This document shows, piece by piece, positions 52,500-64,000 of a stretch of DNA of 64,000 bases. The notes below the pieces were generated by a model, which was not told the origin of the DNA, did no database searches, and saw only the letters and a program-made list of their open reading frames with translations. A program made the translations under genes and the position numbers. The DNA is from Antedon mediterranea (lineage: Eukaryota; Animalia; Echinodermata), in contig NC_092676.1 of assembly GCF_964355755.1 (NCBI RefSeq), positions 16,324,871 through 16,388,870 on the forward strand, read 5' to 3'. The stretch's first letter is position 1. Every line of letters starts with the position of its first letter.

Positions 52500-52800
52500 A
52501 TAATGATGACAAAATATTACAATTTGGTACTATTGACATAGGGTTAAGTGATCACTCTTTAATTTATTGTACTAGGAAAGTAGCTAGATGTAAAGTAAAT
52601 CATCACAAAGTTGTTAAACTAAGATCTTTAAAAAATTATAATGTTAATGATTTTACTTTAAAACCTTCCAATACTGATTGGTCCACACTTGTTAATTGTG
52701 ATGATATTTGTCATACATGGTCCATGTTTAAATCAATGTGGTTAGATATCATCAATTGCTCCTAAGAGGGAGGTTCGATTACAAAATCGAACAGAACCAA
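52500..52800 (+). pseudogene. L2/Crack-type LINE endonuclease-linker fragment
   Basis: GLSDHSLIYCTRK..RSLKNY..DW. Confidence 0.65.
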
Positions 52801-53447
52801 CCAACCAGTTCGAATTGATGAGAGTGTATTTAGTTACAAAAAGAAGGTATGAACAACTAATTCTTCTTTCATAATTTAAACATTGTCAAATATTTTTTTA
52901 TTTATTTACAGTCAACAAAAATGAGTTCTGACTGGTATTTAAATGCTATATTCATGATGCTATGTTTATTATATTCTAGGAAATATATTAGTATGCTTTA
53001 AATTGCCATATCTCGTAACTATGCTTTTCTTCTTAAACATTGTCGCATAATGTTTTATTTAATTACAGTAAACAAAAATTATTTCTGAATGGTATTTAAA
53101 TGCTGTATTTATGATACCTACCTATATTATGTTTATTATATTCTATACTACTAGAAACATGTTATCATGCTGTAAATTGCCATATCTCGTAACTATCTTT
53201 TCTTCTTCTTCTTAATACACTACACGGATAGGCATAGCAAAGGGATATATCTCTATGCCTACCGTATATTAAGAAAAGAAACTAATGTACATTATTATTT
53301 CATTCCATGTTCAATGTTGATCCAATAACAGGAGTCCACACTTAAAAAATAGAGTCCTACTGGAATCGTGCAAAATTAAAGTTAGAAAGAATGCGAGGGT
53401 GTAAACGGGAATGGCTACCGGAATACCTTGACGAATTTATGTGACGA

Positions 53448-55455
53448 GAAGGATATGGCAAGTCAGGGGAGGAAGCCTTTAATAATATTTTATCTCACAT
53501 TTCTCAAATAGGTACAGTATGCTGGACAAATAAGTAAAAAGATTAAATAAATGGCTATATAAATTAAACAGATTAAGTAAGTTAAAATTGTATATATGTA
53601 ATATGTTCCTTGAGGCTTATTAAATAATGTTAAAGTTCTTGAGCCTTATATTTGAATAAAGTTTGAAGAATGTATATCTCGATCTATCGATTTTTTTCTT
53701 GTTATTTGTAGAGGCTATTTGATTCAACTGTTGAGAAAAAAACAAACATATAAATTAAAACATAAATTGGATATATTTATATAAATTAAAACATAAATTA
53801 AATAAGATTAAAATGTATATGTATATAAATCTTTTTCTTGATCTTTTCTTGTTATTTGTAGAGGCTACTTGATTTAACTGTTGAGTAAAAAAACAACATT
53901 GTTATATAGTGTAAAAAACGATATAATTTACAGACACATAATAAAAGCTATAGGCTAACTACAGCAGCAGTTTTTTGTTTTATTTTTCAAACACAGTAAA
54001 ATACAAAACAATTGGCACAATGACGCGAACAATAGAAGCCTCAACAAGCCTCTCACACCCAACTTAACACATTGACTAACACCCCTGTAAATAATAATGG
54101 AATAGTCCTATATTCAATACATGCCGAAAACTCAGGTTGATCCGTTAATCTTAAGCCTTTTTCATGAAATGGAAGACATCTTATCGATGAAAAACAAATA
54201 ATTTCGGAGGACAAGTTACTTAATTTAAACTTTGGACAGTCTTGTAGACTAAATTTTTACTGTAAAAGTGATTAACCTTAGTAGGCCTACTGTATGATTA
54301 AAAATATCATTGTTTGTTATTGAAAAAGGCTGGCATATATAATTTATAAATAAATATTAACATTTAAATAAAACAATGAATAAATATAAACGAAGCAATT
54401 AAAGAGAAATCAATTAAAATTATGTGTGAATTTAAAAAATCAAATAACTCGAAGGATATGGCAAGTCAGGGGAGGAAGCCTTTAATAATATTTTATCTCA
54501 CATTTCTCAAATAGGTACAGTATGCTGGACAAATAAGTAAAAAGATTAAATAAATGGCTATAAAATTAAACAGATTAAGTAAGTTAAAATTGTATATATG
54601 TAATATGTTCCTTGAGGCTTATTAAATAATGTTAAAGTTCTTGAGCCTTATATTTGAATAAAGTTTGAAGAATGTATATCTCGATCTATCGATTTTTTTC
54701 TTGTTATTTGTAGAGGCTATTTGATTCAACTGTTGAGAAAAAAACAAACATTATATAAATTAAAACATAAATTGGATATATTTATATAAATTAAAACATA
54801 AATTAAATAAGATTAAAATGTATATGTATATAAATCTTTTTCTTGATCTTTTCTTGTTATTTGTAGAGGCTACTTGATTTAACTGTTGAGTAAAAAAACA
54901 ACATTGTTATATAGTGTAAAAAACGATATAATTTACAGACACATAATAAAAGCTATAGGCTAACTACAGCAGCAGTTTTTTGTTTTATTTTTCAAACACA
55001 GTAAAATACAAAACAATTGGCACAATGACGCGAACAATAGAAGCCTCAACAAGCCTCTCACACCCAACTTAACACATTGACTAACACCCCTGTAAATAAT
55101 AATGGAATAGTCCTATATTCAATACATGCCGAAAACTCAGGTTGATCCGTTAATCTTAAGCCTTTTTCATGAAATGGAAGACATCTTATCGATGAAAAAC
55201 AAATAATTTCGGAGGACAAGTTACTTAATTTAAACTTTGGACAGTCTTGTAGACTAAATTTTTACTGTAAAAGTGATTAACCTTAGTAGGCCTACTGTAT
55301 GATTAAAAATATCATTGTTTGTTATTGAAAAAGGCTGGCATATATAATTTATAAATAAATATTAACATTTAAATAAAACAATGAATAAATATAAACGAAG
55401 CAATTAAAGAGAAATCAATTAAAATTATGTGTGAATTTAAAAAATCAAATAACTC
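53448..55455. repeat. Near-perfect ~1.0 kb tandem duplication (53448-54450, 54451-55455)
   Basis: Both units start GAAGGATATGGCAAG and end CAAATAACTC; only a 2-bp indel seen. Confidence 0.95.
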
Positions 55456-56076
55456 GCAGAGTTCAAATTTATAAAACCGCACAGTCTAATTCTTATACCT
55501 TAATGTGAGATTATATACTAATTTGCATGTGTTAAGTTAAGTAAGTATAATAAAAACACACTCTTCTCTGATAAAAGTACTTGACAAATTAATTAAAAAA
55601 ACACTAACGAAAGTATAAAATTATTCGATATTTTTTGTTTTTTTGGTGAGAGCTTTGTTTCTAATTATGCTCAGAAACAGTGATGTGTTTGCAATTGGTC
55701 ACATTTACCTATGGATAAAATAACAAAATACATTTCTGCGGACCAAAACACAATAAGTGTTTACGTAATTGTGGTGGTAAGTTGTTTTCACGTTCAACAA
55801 TATATCAAACCATTTGGAATCAAGTTGCAAACACATCTCATGTGATATAAGTGTGTGAAATAAAACTACTGCATAAAACAAGCAATTTATATTTATTTAC
55901 CAAAACCATACGCACAATAAACCAGCACAAAATATGCCATAATAAGCAGAGACAATATGCATACCAACAGCTGAATTACTTTAGGCAACCTTAAATTGGA
56001 ATGATCAGCTAGCAAAACATAGGTTGTATTTGGTCATCTGACTTAGTTCTGTTGTTATTGATTACAGTATAATTAA

Positions 56077-63272
<7,196 letters not shown>

Positions 63273-63303
63273 GTATGTTATTAATATTGGGTTGGAGAAG
63301 TTG

Positions 63304-63631
63304 AATTGAAATTTATTGAATTGAAATTTATATTTATACTGGGTAACCTCTTCAGTCAAAGACTGGTCTCCCAGAGGGCCCAGTTGGTGATCAGTGGCTG
63401 TGATGTACTAATACACCGGGGTAACCCCCTACTCGTCTCGAAAGATATACTAGGTTCTTTAAAGTGCACACGAGCTAGATGTGTACACTGGACCTACGGT
63501 TTATAGTCCTTATCCGAGAAGACTCGTTCTACCACCAGAACCATGGAGTGAGTGAGCCTCGAACCCCTGCCGATGTTATGGCTACGTAATTACGGTTCCA
63601 CTGTCTGAACCGCTCGGCCACTCACTCACTC
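63304..63631 (-). mobile_element. tRNA-derived SINE
   Basis: Near-identical to 33883-34195; AAGTTG direct repeat on both sides. Confidence 0.88.
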
Positions 63632-63685
63632 AAGTTGCAGTTTAGTTTTTAAAACACATAAGATTCAGACATTAACAGACATGGT

Positions 63686-64000
63686 CTACATCTAATTACA
63701 TTGGAACACCCCCAGCCTACATCTAATTTCCCTTCACACACCCAGCCTACATCTAATTTCCCTTCACACACCCAGCCTACATCTAATTTCCCTTCACACA
63801 CCCAGCCTACATCTAATTTCCCTTCACACACCCAGCCTACATCTAATTTCCCTTCACACCCCCAGCCTACATCTAATTTCCCTTCACACACCCAGCCTAC
63901 ATCTAATTTCCCTTCACACACCCAGCCTACATCTAATTTCCCTTCACACACCCAGCCTACATCTAATTTCCCTTCACACACCCAGCCTACATCTAATTTC
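63686..64000. repeat. 30-bp minisatellite
   Basis: (CTACATCTAATTTCCCTTCACACACCCAGC)n, about 10 copies to the window end. Confidence 0.95.

Larger units (their letters stand above)
51265..54143. mobile_element. Non-autonomous DNA transposon with long TIRs (Merlin- or MULE-like)
   Basis: GGATCAACCTGAGTTTTCGGCATG.. / ..CATGCCGAAAACTCAGGTTGATCC; 8-bp TSD GTTAATCT at 51257-51264 and 54144-54151. Confidence 0.8.

Noticed and set aside
63649-63981. ORF of VCEGKLDVGW repeats
   Set aside because: Translation of an intronic 30-bp minisatellite antisense to GART.

Overview
AT-rich, intron-rich animal genomic DNA, probably a marine invertebrate deuterostome (inference only). Two host genes bracket the window: a 23-exon, I-domain-less integrin alpha subunit on the minus strand (135-15814, last exon outside the window) and the 5' half of trifunctional GART on the plus strand (56101-63272). 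The 40 kb between them and the introns hold non-autonomous Helitrons (one a head-to-tail concatemer), L1/Tx1, CR1/L2 and Penelope relics, tRNA-derived SINEs, Harbinger MITEs, a Gypsy-type solo LTR and a 7.1 kb foldback palindrome. The most notable signal is a dispersed minus-strand cluster (21.7-49.5 kb) of 5 complete and about 3 broken units. Each complete unit has a U6-like type 3 Pol III promoter layout (octamer-like about -215, 19-bp PSE-like about -67, TATA about -30), a 150-260 nt long-hairpin RNA and an oligo-T terminator. The stems diverge while an apical ACG-x-TAT-N4-ATA-y-CGT motif is kept. I cannot match these RNAs to a family I know. All calls were made by eye and are unverified by alignment, folding or expression data.
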